From a virus, in IMG/VR virus record IMGVR_UViG_3300025684_000010: a DNA stretch of 64,000 nucleotides, one strand, 5' to 3'. Below the pieces are notes generated by a model. That model had not been told where the DNA came from. It was given only the letters and a program-made list of their open reading frames with translations, and made no database searches. Positions 51,638 through 59,703 of the stretch are shown here, piece by piece. How positions within the stretch are numbered: the first letter of the stretch is position 1; every line of letters begins with the position of its first letter. The position numbers and the translations under genes are program-made.

Positions 51638-51894
51638 TATTCAGTACTTACCGAGTTTTTGAATTCACGTGATAATTGACCTAAGAACGCGTTATCGAAT
51701 AAAAAGATTTCTTTTTTGTTATCATTGATTTGCTCTTCATATTCAAAGATGCGATAAGGAACCCAATCTTCAGGAATGATTCTTTTAATGATTATCTTCT
51801 GTCCACGTTCAGTACGCATAATCACGCGATCTTCTTTACGAAGATAAATTGTTCGGAATGATTCCGGTGCTAAGATAATATTATCAACTGCCAT
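51637..51894 (-). CDS. gp53 C-terminal-like protein (85 aa)
   Basis: FEYEEQINDNKKEIFLFD...L resembles the YEYE..N..K..I.L C-terminal motif of gp53. It has its own AGGA RBS. Confidence 0.6.
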   Translation of the reverse strand: MAVDNIILAPESFRTIYLRKEDRVIMRTERGQKIIIKRIIPEDWVPYRIFEYEEQINDNKKEIFLFDNAFLGQLSREFKNSVSTE

Positions 51895-51904
51895 TTGTTA
51901 TTTC

Positions 51905-52285
51905 CTAAACTGTTTTAACATAGTATATAATGTTTTCGTCAATTGTTTCATCTTTGGTCCAATCAAGAACATCTTCTCCGATTCTACCAGACTGTGCTTG
52001 GTACTTATCAACCATGTAGTCGTTAAAAGTTTGAGTATTCATTGGCCATTCGTAATATGGATCTATGATATTGTTTGCCATGTACACTAACCAAATATAA
52101 TCTACAGAGCCATAATAATCCAAGGCAATATCTTCTGCCCTCTCGCTTTCTTTAACTGTATAAGAATAATAAAGATAGGGGTTATTTGCGACTGCTCTTG
52201 CGAACGAAGGTCTTCGAGATATATCTCTAACCTTTCTACCTTGGTAATCTATAACCGGAAAATGTTCAAAGTATTTAGTTGCCAT
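51905..52285 (-). CDS. gp53: Baseplate wedge gp53, N-terminal part (126 aa)
   Basis: YFEHFPVIDY, Y.VKESERAEDIA.DYYGS..Y.W.V.MANNI.DPYYEWP. It is shorter than typical gp53. Confidence 0.85.
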   Translation of the reverse strand: MATKYFEHFPVIDYQGRKVRDISRRPSFARAVANNPYLYYSYTVKESERAEDIALDYYGSVDYIWLVYMANNIIDPYYEWPMNTQTFNDYMVDKYQAQSGRIGEDVLDWTKDETIDENIIYYVKTV

Positions 52286-53277
52286 TATTTTCCATCTCCG
52301 TCTTTAGGCTCTGCATAATCTTCAGCCGTTTGTATTTCGAGTTCCTTAAAGCTCATAGAAAGTTTAACACCCTGAGGTACACCACCTTCAGCAATAATAA
52401 TTTCACCACTTGCTCCATAGTCAATAGTTATATTATCGCACATGCATGGTTTAAATCTAAGGAAATGCGATTCATCAATACCTAATAGATTAATACTAAC
52501 AACCGCAGGATATGTTAAAAAGGCTCGAGCTAATGTGTTACCTGATAGAGATCCTTCGACCCCCGCCACACCATCTTTGCTGGCACCAGTTACAGATTGT
52601 ACGGTTGGTAATATGTTTCTTTTTATTGATCTTATGATTTTTTTAATAGCTTCTGCTTCTGCTTTACTTTCAGGATATAGTGTCCAATCAAACGAGAAGG
52701 CTCTTAGCTGAACTCCTTCGAAAGAAAGCGTTGATTGAGGGTTAATTGCAGTTCCTCTCGAAGCACCTAATGCTTTACCTAATCCTGATGAAAAACTATT
52801 TATAGCATTAGCACCCATGAACGACGCTATCCTAGAAGCTTGACCTGCTACCTTTTCCTGGCCTGGAGTCTTTGCTTTATCTCCAAACACTGTGTCAATT
52901 GCACCTTTCATACCAGCTTCACCCAAAGCCATCAGTTCTGAACCAATGTCACTAAAGTTGCCTTCAAACGCAGGAGCCAACGTATCAGCAATAAACGATT
53001 CTAAGAAAGATCTTTCAAAGCCATTTATATTAAGACCAGTTGCATCTGTTAATGTACTAGGCATTGGAAGTTCAACAGCCAGTAGACCAGTTTCTGTAGC
53101 ACTTGTAAAGTCACTCCTTCTACCTGTCTTATTCGCGCCTACGCCTAGTGTTAAGTCTGAATAATCATACTTCTTGAATATTAATTGAATGCCGTGCGGG
53201 AATCCACTCGCAGGAAAGAAGAGTCGTTTAGTATCCCCACGATTCCCTTCTCTTAATGTTTGGTCTGGTCTTGCCAT
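52285..53277 (-). CDS. gp48: Baseplate tail-tube cap gp48
   Basis: INPQSTLSFEGVQLRAFSFDW.L.P.S..EA..I..II, P....I and C.C.NITIDY..G...V.LSMSFKELE motifs. Confidence 0.85.
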   Translation of the reverse strand: MARPDQTLREGNRGDTKRLFFPASGFPHGIQLIFKKYDYSDLTLGVGANKTGRRSDFTSATETGLLAVELPMPSTLTDATGLNINGFERSFLESFIADTLAPAFEGNFSDIGSELMALGEAGMKGAIDTVFGDKAKTPGQEKVAGQASRIASFMGANAINSFSSGLGKALGASRGTAINPQSTLSFEGVQLRAFSFDWTLYPESKAEAEAIKKIIRSIKRNILPTVQSVTGASKDGVAGVEGSLSGNTLARAFLTYPAVVSINLLGIDESHFLRFKPCMCDNITIDYGASGEIIIAEGGVPQGVKLSMSFKELEIQTAEDYAEPKDGDGK

Positions 53278-53310
53278 TCTTTATTTCCTTTGCTGTCTCC
53301 GTCTAATTCT

Positions 53311-53345
53311 AATAAATATGTATACGGATAATGTAATTATTTATA
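53311..53345. promoter_or_regulatory. Pair of oppositely oriented late promoters (plus AATAAATA 53311-53318; minus TATAAATA 53338-53345)
   Basis: Both motifs were read in the 89-bp gap between the divergent gp48 and gp4 genes. Confidence 0.65.
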
Positions 53346-53366
53346 ATAAAAATCGGAAAGTATATT

Positions 53367-53828
53367 ATGGCATATAAGGGTAAATTTAGACCAAAAAATC
53401 CGACCAAGTATAAGGGTGACCCTACAAAAATTATTTATAGGTCTTTGTGGGAGTTCAAGGTATTTAAATGGATGGATTCTCACCCAGATGTAATATGGTG
53501 GCAATCTGAAGAAGTGATTGTTCCATATAGATCGCCGATTGACGGAAAGATACATAGGTATTACCCGGATGTGGTTGTACATAAAAGAGACGGTACAGGG
53601 CAACCTCAAACAATTATGATTGAGATTAAACCAAGCAGTCAATGTAGACCTCCTGATATTAAAAATAAGAACGCGACAAAGACAGGTAGAATATCGAGAA
53701 GATATTTAAATGAAGTTAAGACATGGGGTGTTAACGAAGCAAAATGGAAAGCAGCAAAGAACTTTTGCGCTGACCGCGGATGGCAGTGGACAATAATGAC
53801 AGAAAAACATATACCAGGAGCACGTTAA
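53367..53828 (+). CDS. gp4: Head completion nuclease gp4 (TnsA-like)
   Basis: MAYKGKFRPKNPTKYKGDPTKIIYRSLWE...W.SEE..VPY.SP.DGK.HRYYPD...EIKP...NEAKWKAA. Confidence 0.95.
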   Translation: MAYKGKFRPKNPTKYKGDPTKIIYRSLWEFKVFKWMDSHPDVIWWQSEEVIVPYRSPIDGKIHRYYPDVVVHKRDGTGQPQTIMIEIKPSSQCRPPDIKNKNATKTGRISRRYLNEVKTWGVNEAKWKAAKNFCADRGWQWTIMTEKHIPGAR

Positions 53829-54446
53829 GTGGCAAGCTTATTCTCAGATATTCTAGTAAAAGGAATAACATCAGGACAAGTGCCTGCTAGAACAAAAGGT
53901 GCGAGGGAATGGTACCGTAAACAAGCAACGTTAGCAGTAGGTAAAAGAATTACAGAAGATGAGATTGTAGGTAATACTGATAAAGGAAGAAACAAAGCGC
54001 AGTTACGTGGTGATTCTGTTTATGGATCAATGTACTTTTTTAGGTATGATCCTAAACATAAATCTACTTTACCATACTATGACGCCTTCCCTTGCATATT
54101 TCCAATAAATAAGGTAAAGGGTGGTATACTTGGATTGAATATGCATTACTTACCACCAAAGATGAGAGCCCAATTAATGGATGCTCTTTATACAACTGTA
54201 TCAGACAAAAGCTATGATGAGAATACAACATTGAATATAAACTATAAGATTTTAAATAGTGCTGCCAATATGAAGTTCTTTGCACCTTGTGTTAAAATGT
54301 ATTTGGCAAAACACGTAAGATCTAAGTTTGTTAAAATCAATTCATCGGAATGGGACACTGCGTTATTTTTACCAGTACAAAGTTTCCAGAAAGCCGGGTC
54401 AGCGAAAGTTTGGGCAGACTCAAGAAAGCTCATAGCGGGGAATTAA
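53829..54446 (+). CDS. gp2: DNA end protector gp2
   Basis: G.MYFFRYDPKHKSTLPYYDAFP...G.LGLNMHYLPP..RA.L..., PCVKMYL..HVRS. GTG start directly after the gp4 stop. Confidence 0.9.
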   Translation: MASLFSDILVKGITSGQVPARTKGAREWYRKQATLAVGKRITEDEIVGNTDKGRNKAQLRGDSVYGSMYFFRYDPKHKSTLPYYDAFPCIFPINKVKGGILGLNMHYLPPKMRAQLMDALYTTVSDKSYDENTTLNINYKILNSAANMKFFAPCVKMYLAKHVRSKFVKINSSEWDTALFLPVQSFQKAGSAKVWADSRKLIAGN

Positions 54447-54449
54447 TAA

Positions 54450-55229
54450 ATGCCATTTAACATTAGTGAATTTAAAAGTCAGTTCGATAGATATGGCGGG
54501 CCAGCTATGGCTAATCTATTTTCTGTTCAAGTAACACTACCACCTCAGCTTCGCGCAAGAATACAACCAGCAGAAAATAATGCTTTTAACATGAGTCATA
54601 CGTTTACTTTCTTTTGTCATAAGATGGATATACCTGCGATTGGTATTAATACATCTGAAGTATCATATACGGGACAAATGAAAAAGAAACATCCAACAAG
54701 AGTTCAGAATCCAGGCCCTATGAGTGCATCTTTCTTTGTTGATTCTGATCATCATGTTTTAAGGTTCTTTCACGCTTGGGCTCAAAACATTATAAATTAT
54801 AATAAAGGCGATGGTGCATTTGCCGAAGTAGATGGTAAACTTCCACATGAAGTTGGATTTAAGGAAGACTTTGCATGTGATATGATTATTAAACATTATT
54901 CAACAGATTCTTATCCTGACGTATATTACGAAACTAAACTACAAGGAGTATGGCCAGTATCTATTGGAGCATTGAGTTTAGATTGGTCAACAAAAACAGC
55001 TCTTTCATTAGATGTTCAGTTTACAGTTACTGATATGTCATTCGATGGAGCAAAGTCAGGAAAAACGAATAGCAGATTATCGAGAGCAAGCGGCTTGTTA
55101 GATATCCTTGGAGATATCGCAGGCTTCGGAGACGCGGTAAGAGGAACATTAAAAAGCGGGAAACCGACAAGCATACAGGATGCTATCAATAAATTAGATA
55201 GACTTGGTAATGCATTTGGAAAAATATAA
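54450..55229 (+). CDS. gp54: Baseplate tail-tube initiator gp54 (gp19 family)
   Basis: G.A.ANLF.V, F.VDSD...L.FF..W...I, L.GVWP.SIG.L.LDW.....L.VQF. Tube-family fold and gene position. Confidence 0.8.
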   Translation: MPFNISEFKSQFDRYGGPAMANLFSVQVTLPPQLRARIQPAENNAFNMSHTFTFFCHKMDIPAIGINTSEVSYTGQMKKKHPTRVQNPGPMSASFFVDSDHHVLRFFHAWAQNIINYNKGDGAFAEVDGKLPHEVGFKEDFACDMIIKHYSTDSYPDVYYETKLQGVWPVSIGALSLDWSTKTALSLDVQFTVTDMSFDGAKSGKTNSRLSRASGLLDILGDIAGFGDAVRGTLKSGKPTSIQDAINKLDRLGNAFGKI

Positions 55230-55260
55230 GTGATACAATTTTAAATTATAGGAGTATAGT

Positions 55261-55962
55261 ATGGCACTACCAAAAATTAACTTACCAATCTCGGAATTGA
55301 TTTTACCGAGTACAGGTGAAAAAACTAAATATAGACCTTTTTCTGTAGCGGAAGAAAAGATCTTGTTAGTTGCACAAGAAGCGAATGACGCAGAACAAGA
55401 AGTATTAGCAATGAAACAAATCATTTCTAATTGCTTAATTGAAAAAGATGTTGAAGAACTTGCATTATTTGATTTTGAATATGTTTATTTAACATTAAGA
55501 GCACGTTCAGTCGATAACTTGGCTAAGTTCAAAATTAAAGATCCTGACACGGATGAAGAAATTGAATTAGAACTTGATATGAGAGAGATTGATATTGCTC
55601 GAGATGAAGCTCATACAAATGAAATTAAAGTAAACGATGAGTATACTCTGTTTCTAAAGTATCCATCTATTAATGAATTCATAAAGATTGTTGGAATGAA
55701 TAATGACGATCCTTTAGTTAACTATTTTGTAATGATTTCTTGTTTAGATACATTAGCTTCAGAAGATGAAGTACATAGTTTTAAAGATTATAGTGATGAA
55801 GATATTGAGTCCTTTATGGATAGTCTCGGTGGGGATGTTATTCGAGGAATTACTTTATTCTTTGAAACAATGCCGAAGATACGAAAAGAGTTACCATATA
55901 CGAATAGTGAAGGTAAAGAACAAACGTTTGTCGTGGAGGGCACCCGTAGTTTTTTTATCTAA
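55261..55962 (+). CDS. gp26: Baseplate hub assembly chaperone gp26
   Basis: MALPKI.LP..EL.LPSTG....YRPF.V.EEKILL.A, FD.EY..L.LRARSV, FFETMPK and terminal EG..SFF. Confidence 0.95.
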   Translation: MALPKINLPISELILPSTGEKTKYRPFSVAEEKILLVAQEANDAEQEVLAMKQIISNCLIEKDVEELALFDFEYVYLTLRARSVDNLAKFKIKDPDTDEEIELELDMREIDIARDEAHTNEIKVNDEYTLFLKYPSINEFIKIVGMNNDDPLVNYFVMISCLDTLASEDEVHSFKDYSDEDIESFMDSLGGDVIRGITLFFETMPKIRKELPYTNSEGKEQTFVVEGTRSFFI

Positions 55963-55986
55963 GCCTTAGCCATATAACGTTAGGGC
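55935..55986 (+). promoter_or_regulatory. Candidate programmed -1 frameshift cassette: internal SD GGAGGG (55935-55940), heptamer T_TTT_TTT (55950-55956), hairpin 55963-55969/55980-55986
   Basis: All three elements and their spacings were read from the sequence. The -1 frame is open from 55950 into the gp51 coding region. Confidence 0.7.
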
Positions 55987-56135
55987 ATTACTATCAAATG
56001 ATTTTCTCCATGGCACAACACCACAAATGGTCTGTGTCCGAAATTGAGGCTATGATGCCTTTTGAAAGAGATCTTTATTTTAGTATGCTAGTACAATGGA
56101 TAGAAGAACAGAATGAACAACGAAAACAAGGTTAA
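55950..56135 (+). CDS. gp51: gp51-like hub assembly protein; -1 frame extension of gp26 (first ATG at 55998)
   Basis: The frame reads FFYLSLSHITLGHYYQMIFSMAQHHKWSVSEIEAMMPFERDLYFSMLVQWIEEQNEQRKQG*, matching the gp51 pattern QHHK.S..E.E.M.P.ERD.Y..L. It is below the ORF-track length cutoff. Confidence 0.8.
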   Translation, partial: FFYLSLSHITLGHYYQMIFSMAQHHKWSVSEIEAMMPFERDLYFSMLVQWIEEQNEQRKQG

Positions 56136-56140
56136 TATAA

Positions 56141-57997
56141 ATGGCTAAAACAACACCAAAGAGCAAAGAGCTAAGTCCAGAGACTCAGAGTATAGTCAAT
56201 CGTCTTATCCGTGAAGGAGAGCTTGTAAGGAACGACGGCAAGCATTCGATTAAAGAAATTAGAATTGACCTTGGAAAATTTACCGATGCTTTTGCTGCAA
56301 TTAAAATAAGCTCTGAACAAACAGCTAAAGTCTTAACGGATTCTTGGGAAGGAAACGAAGCACTACTCAAAAATATTGATGAAAGCTTAGTTGGTTTAAA
56401 TGACACAGAAAAAGATGCTGAACTGGCAAGAAGAGCTCAGGCTAAAAAGGATTCCATCGCAAATAAAGAAAAAAGTGCTGAAAGTATGTTTGGTGCCAAA
56501 GTATTAGAGAAAAACTTAATGCTAGGATTCAAAGGTTTAAAAGATGGATTCATGGCAATAAAGAAAGATCCGTTTGGTTCGTTATTAAACATTGGCAAGT
56601 GGGCAATTATAATACCAGTATTAGCCGGAGCGATTAAAGGATTGCTTGATAAGATCTTTGGTGAAGGCGAAATGGCTGCATTCTATAAAGGTTTTAGCGA
56701 GAGTGCATTTGGTAAATTTATTAAAAACAACCCGTGGACATCTATTGGTATTGGCATAGCGGCAATGGCCGCGGTTAACTGGGCCAAAATGTATCTAGCT
56801 ATGATGGCCGCAGCGACAATGTTGGGCACAAGAGGTAAAGGTGGTCTTACTGCATTAGGAGGCAAGGCTAGTACGGCTGCAGCTCCAGCTAAAAATGTTG
56901 TATCCAAGCTTGGTAAATTCGCGCTTGGTACAATAAGAGGTAATGCAATTGTTGCTGGTGTTACTACTGCGGGTTTATTAATTTATAATAATATGGACGA
57001 CGGCGAAAAAACAAACCTTGATACAGAGATGGCGAGAATTGATGCAGAATACTCAGGCAAAGAATTAGAAGCCAAAGACAAAATCTTAACTAATTTTGAA
57101 AATGAAAGATCAGGTATAGCTGATATCTTTCTAGGAACGGCTGGCGGCGCTGCTGGCGGCGCTGCTACTGGCCTCCTTTTTGGTGGAGTTGGAGCTATTC
57201 CTGGAGCAGTTATGGGTGGCTTAACAGGATTCTTTACTAGTGTTTCACAAGTTGGGATAGAATACATTGATGATTTGAACAACGACATTGATGAAATTCC
57301 AAACGAAATGGAAAGGTTGTTAAAGGAAGAACAAAGGAAGAACAAGTTATCATTGATGTACGGAAGAACTGAGAAGGCAGCAGAGTTAACTCGAAAGACA
57401 ACAGAAGGTATGCAAACTTTTGTTAATGACTTACGAGCCAATATGACTACTGATGCAATATTCGGCGATGCAAATATTGCAGCTCTCGAAGCCGCAAGTA
57501 AGAGTGAGATAACAGAGAAAGGACGAAGAAAAAATAAAACTGAATATGTTATGTTCGGCGGAGAACTAGTTAGGTTATCAGAAATTAATGAACGTCTCGA
57601 AGAAGCTAAAAAAACAAGAGTAAATAGAGAAAGACAATTAAAAGCATCTGAAAGATTACTTGAATTGAGATTAGGTGAAGTAGAATCTGTTGAAACTTCA
57701 GTTGATAGCGCGAATAATTTAAATGCTCAAATTGATGAAGTAGCGGCAAAGGCAGCTGCAGCTAAACCAAATATTCTTCCTGATGTTGAAGAAAGAGATA
57801 AAAAACAAACAGTTGCAGCTGGTGGATTTGCTTTAAACGTAACGAATAATTATATTTCTAAAGGCGGAGATACAATGGTACAGAATAAGTCTGATAATCG
57901 AGTATCTTCACAGAATAGTACTAATGCTGTTGTCTTTGGTGGTGGCGGTGGAAGATTTGGCGGTGGAACTGGTTTACCGACTGGCGCCATGGCATAA
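56141..57997 (+). CDS. Probable tail tape-measure / gp29-like hub protein (618 aa)
   Basis: Helical, charged protein with central hydrophobic and glycine-zipper segments, directly after gp26/gp51. Its length is close to T4 gp29. Confidence 0.6.
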   Translation: MAKTTPKSKELSPETQSIVNRLIREGELVRNDGKHSIKEIRIDLGKFTDAFAAIKISSEQTAKVLTDSWEGNEALLKNIDESLVGLNDTEKDAELARRAQAKKDSIANKEKSAESMFGAKVLEKNLMLGFKGLKDGFMAIKKDPFGSLLNIGKWAIIIPVLAGAIKGLLDKIFGEGEMAAFYKGFSESAFGKFIKNNPWTSIGIGIAAMAAVNWAKMYLAMMAAATMLGTRGKGGLTALGGKASTAAAPAKNVVSKLGKFALGTIRGNAIVAGVTTAGLLIYNNMDDGEKTNLDTEMARIDAEYSGKELEAKDKILTNFENERSGIADIFLGTAGGAAGGAATGLLFGGVGAIPGAVMGGLTGFFTSVSQVGIEYIDDLNNDIDEIPNEMERLLKEEQRKNKLSLMYGRTEKAAELTRKTTEGMQTFVNDLRANMTTDAIFGDANIAALEAASKSEITEKGRRKNKTEYVMFGGELVRLSEINERLEEAKKTRVNRERQLKASERLLELRLGEVESVETSVDSANNLNAQIDEVAAKAAAAKPNILPDVEERDKKQTVAAGGFALNVTNNYISKGGDTMVQNKSDNRVSSQNSTNAVVFGGGGGRFGGGTGLPTGAMA

Positions 57998-58019
57998 AAA
58001 AGGAACTCCGAAGAGTTCC
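57996..58019 (-). terminator. Rho-independent terminator with cUUCGg tetraloop
   Basis: The minus strand reads GGAACTC-TTCG-GAGTTCC-TTTTTT, downstream of the peroxiredoxin where the two strands converge. Confidence 0.85.
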
Positions 58020-58063
58020 ATAAACGGCTCGGCGGCTGTTACTACCACGGAGATTGTTTTTAA

Positions 58064-58576
58064 TTATTTTCCTTTCAAATACTCAAGTACTTTTTCAGGA
58101 GCGGTTTCTCCATACGGATCTGTAGCACAATCATCTTCCTTGCCATCTTCTACAAACATCCTTTCAACAGTACCATCGTCTACGACCATAGCATATCTCC
58201 AAGATCTTTTACCAAAACCAAGATTGTCTTTTGCGACTAACATATCCATTCCTGCTGTAAATTCACAAGATCCATCCGGAATAAATTTAACATTCTTTAC
58301 TCTTAGATCTTCTGCCCAAGCATTCATAACGAACGTATCGTTACAAGCAATACAATAAACCTCGTCAACACCATTCTCAATAATTTGATCGTATAGTACG
58401 TCAAATCCTGGGACTTGATTATTTGAACAGGTTGGGGTAAATGCGCCGGGTAGAGAAAAAACAACTACTCTTTTATTTTTAAAATAGTCTTCCGTTGTAG
58501 GATGGGTCCACTCGAACTCTCCGCTATCGACATTTCTACTTCTTACTTTAAAAGTTACATTAGGTATAGTTTTCAT
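58064..58576 (-). CDS. Peroxiredoxin (Prx5/type II, redoxin family)
   Basis: VVVFSLPGAFTPTCS (peroxidatic Cys), ND.FVMNAW, F.PDG...F..GM.M and RSWRYAMVVDDG.V. Confidence 0.95.
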   Translation of the reverse strand: MKTIPNVTFKVRSRNVDSGEFEWTHPTTEDYFKNKRVVVFSLPGAFTPTCSNNQVPGFDVLYDQIIENGVDEVYCIACNDTFVMNAWAEDLRVKNVKFIPDGSCEFTAGMDMLVAKDNLGFGKRSWRYAMVVDDGTVERMFVEDGKEDDCATDPYGETAPEKVLEYLKGK

Positions 58577-58599
58577 TATATAGTTTCCATTTTATAGAT

Positions 58600-58618
58600 G
58601 GGAGGCATTGCGCCTCCC
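58600..58618. other. GC-rich intergenic hairpin without a U-tract
   Basis: GGGAGGC-N5-GCCTCCC between hsp20 and the peroxiredoxin. Confidence 0.6.
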
Positions 58619-58632
58619 AGTTTGATTATAGA

Positions 58633-59097
58633 TTAACCTTTTAAGAATTCCTTCTTAGTATTCTTAGCATTAATCTTTATTTTACGAGCCTTTTTACTTT
58701 CTGGAATTATTCGTTCCAATGCAATTGTTAAAAGACCGTTTTTGAAGTTAGCGTCAATTACTTCAATATCGTCCGCAAGAGTAAAACTCCTGGTGAACTT
58801 CTTGAAGGAAATACCACGGTGAACGTATTCGCCGCCGCCGTTAAAGTAATCTCCTGCTTCATCCCATGTGGAACGAACAGTTAAATTATCTTCTTTTACT
58901 TCGATTTCTACATCATCAATATCAAGACCTGCTAAAGCAAGATCAATAAAGAACTTTTCGCCTTTGTCGGTTCTGATATTATAAGGCGGGAAGCCTTGAG
59001 ATTGTTGTTGATGCTGTGGGAACTCCGCCAATCTGTCAAAGACTCTATCGAATCCAAGAGCAAAGGGGTGAAGTTGGTTTATATTTAATCCAGTCAT
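58633..59097 (-). CDS. hsp20: Small heat-shock protein Hsp20 (IbpA-like)
   Basis: GFDRVFDRL, FPPYNI, LALAG....D.EIEV....L.V, Y.HRGIS.K.F.R.F.LA..IEV..A...NGLL.I.LER.IPE..K.RKI.I. Confidence 0.95.
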   Translation of the reverse strand: MTGLNINQLHPFALGFDRVFDRLAEFPQHQQQSQGFPPYNIRTDKGEKFFIDLALAGLDIDDVEIEVKEDNLTVRSTWDEAGDYFNGGGEYVHRGISFKKFTRSFTLADDIEVIDANFKNGLLTIALERIIPESKKARKIKINAKNTKKEFLKG

Positions 59098-59102
59098 GTT
59101 AT

Positions 59103-59180
59103 TCTCCTATTAAGCAAGATTAATTGTTATCTGATGGTTTATACCCATCGGTTAGTTGTAAGACCCTATCGGCATCCTAC
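59103..59180 (-). promoter_or_regulatory. ROSE-like RNA thermometer candidate in the hsp20 5' UTR
   Basis: Two 5' hairpins (59158-59180 and 59133-59149), then UCUUGCU-UAAU-AGGAGA (59103-59119) pairing over the SD with a bulged G. Confidence 0.6.
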
Positions 59181-59185
59181 AAATC

Positions 59186-59193
59186 TATTTATA
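59186..59193 (-). promoter_or_regulatory. T4-type late promoter TATAAATA upstream of hsp20
   Basis: Exact consensus. Confidence 0.7.
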
Positions 59194-59197
59194 TTAT

Positions 59198-59226
59198 ATT
59201 ATACAACAATCTTAGAAAAATGTCAA
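59198..59226 (-). promoter_or_regulatory. Perfect sigma70 promoter TTGACA-N17-TATAAT (hsp20)
   Basis: -35 at 59221-59226, -10 at 59198-59203, spacer counted as 17 nt. Confidence 0.85.
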
Positions 59227-59628
59227 CTATTTTTTTCCGATATTGTATTTGACTGTTAGTTCCCAATCGTTCTTTTCTTTAAACGAAATGATTTTAATTT
59301 GATTTAGAGAAGCGACTGGATCTGCTGACTTTGAAGGATCCACTATTTTAATAAGTTCCCATTCTTCTAATAAGTTCACAATCGTATTACGACGTGATAT
59401 ATCTTCTTCTGATAACGTATTGTGCTTTCCATCCAAAATAAACAATTCTTTAAAATGCAGAATAGCATACCTACCTTTCTTATGTAGGATATGACATGAT
59501 TGGTATAACTTCTTTTCTTTACGGCTTGAAATGCCTATACGAGTCAGAGTCTCTTTTACTTTGAGGAAAGAATCCTGCGTGGGTAATTCAACTTCGACAC
59601 CTACTCCCTTGAAAATATCTGTGTCCAT
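59227..59628 (-). CDS. regA: Translational repressor RegA
   Basis: FLKVKETLTRIGISSRKEKKLYQSCHILHKKGRYAILHFKELF..DG...RRN.IV.LL.EW.L. Confidence 0.97.
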   Translation of the reverse strand: MDTDIFKGVGVEVELPTQDSFLKVKETLTRIGISSRKEKKLYQSCHILHKKGRYAILHFKELFILDGKHNTLSEEDISRRNTIVNLLEEWELIKIVDPSKSADPVASLNQIKIISFKEKNDWELTVKYNIGKK

Positions 59629-59684
59629 GATTTATATTCACCTGTTAATTATAGTTAGTGGCAATGGTCTACACCATATAAGAT

Positions 59685-59692
59685 TATTTATA
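59685..59692 (-). promoter_or_regulatory. T4-type late promoter TATAAATA upstream of regA
   Basis: Exact consensus in the gp62-regA gap. Confidence 0.65.
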
Positions 59693-59703
59693 ATAATCCT
59701 GTT

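Noticed and set aside
55950-55956. Transcriptional slippage or sequencing error as the explanation for the T7 run
   Set aside because: The run is short for polymerase slippage, gp26 ends at its normal EG..SFF terminus, and the flanking SD and hairpin fit ribosomal frameshifting better. This is not formally excluded without reads.
57924-58358. 144-aa plus-strand ORF overlapping the peroxiredoxin and the terminator
   Set aside because: It is antisense to a clearly conserved gene, spans a terminator, and has no recognisable motif.
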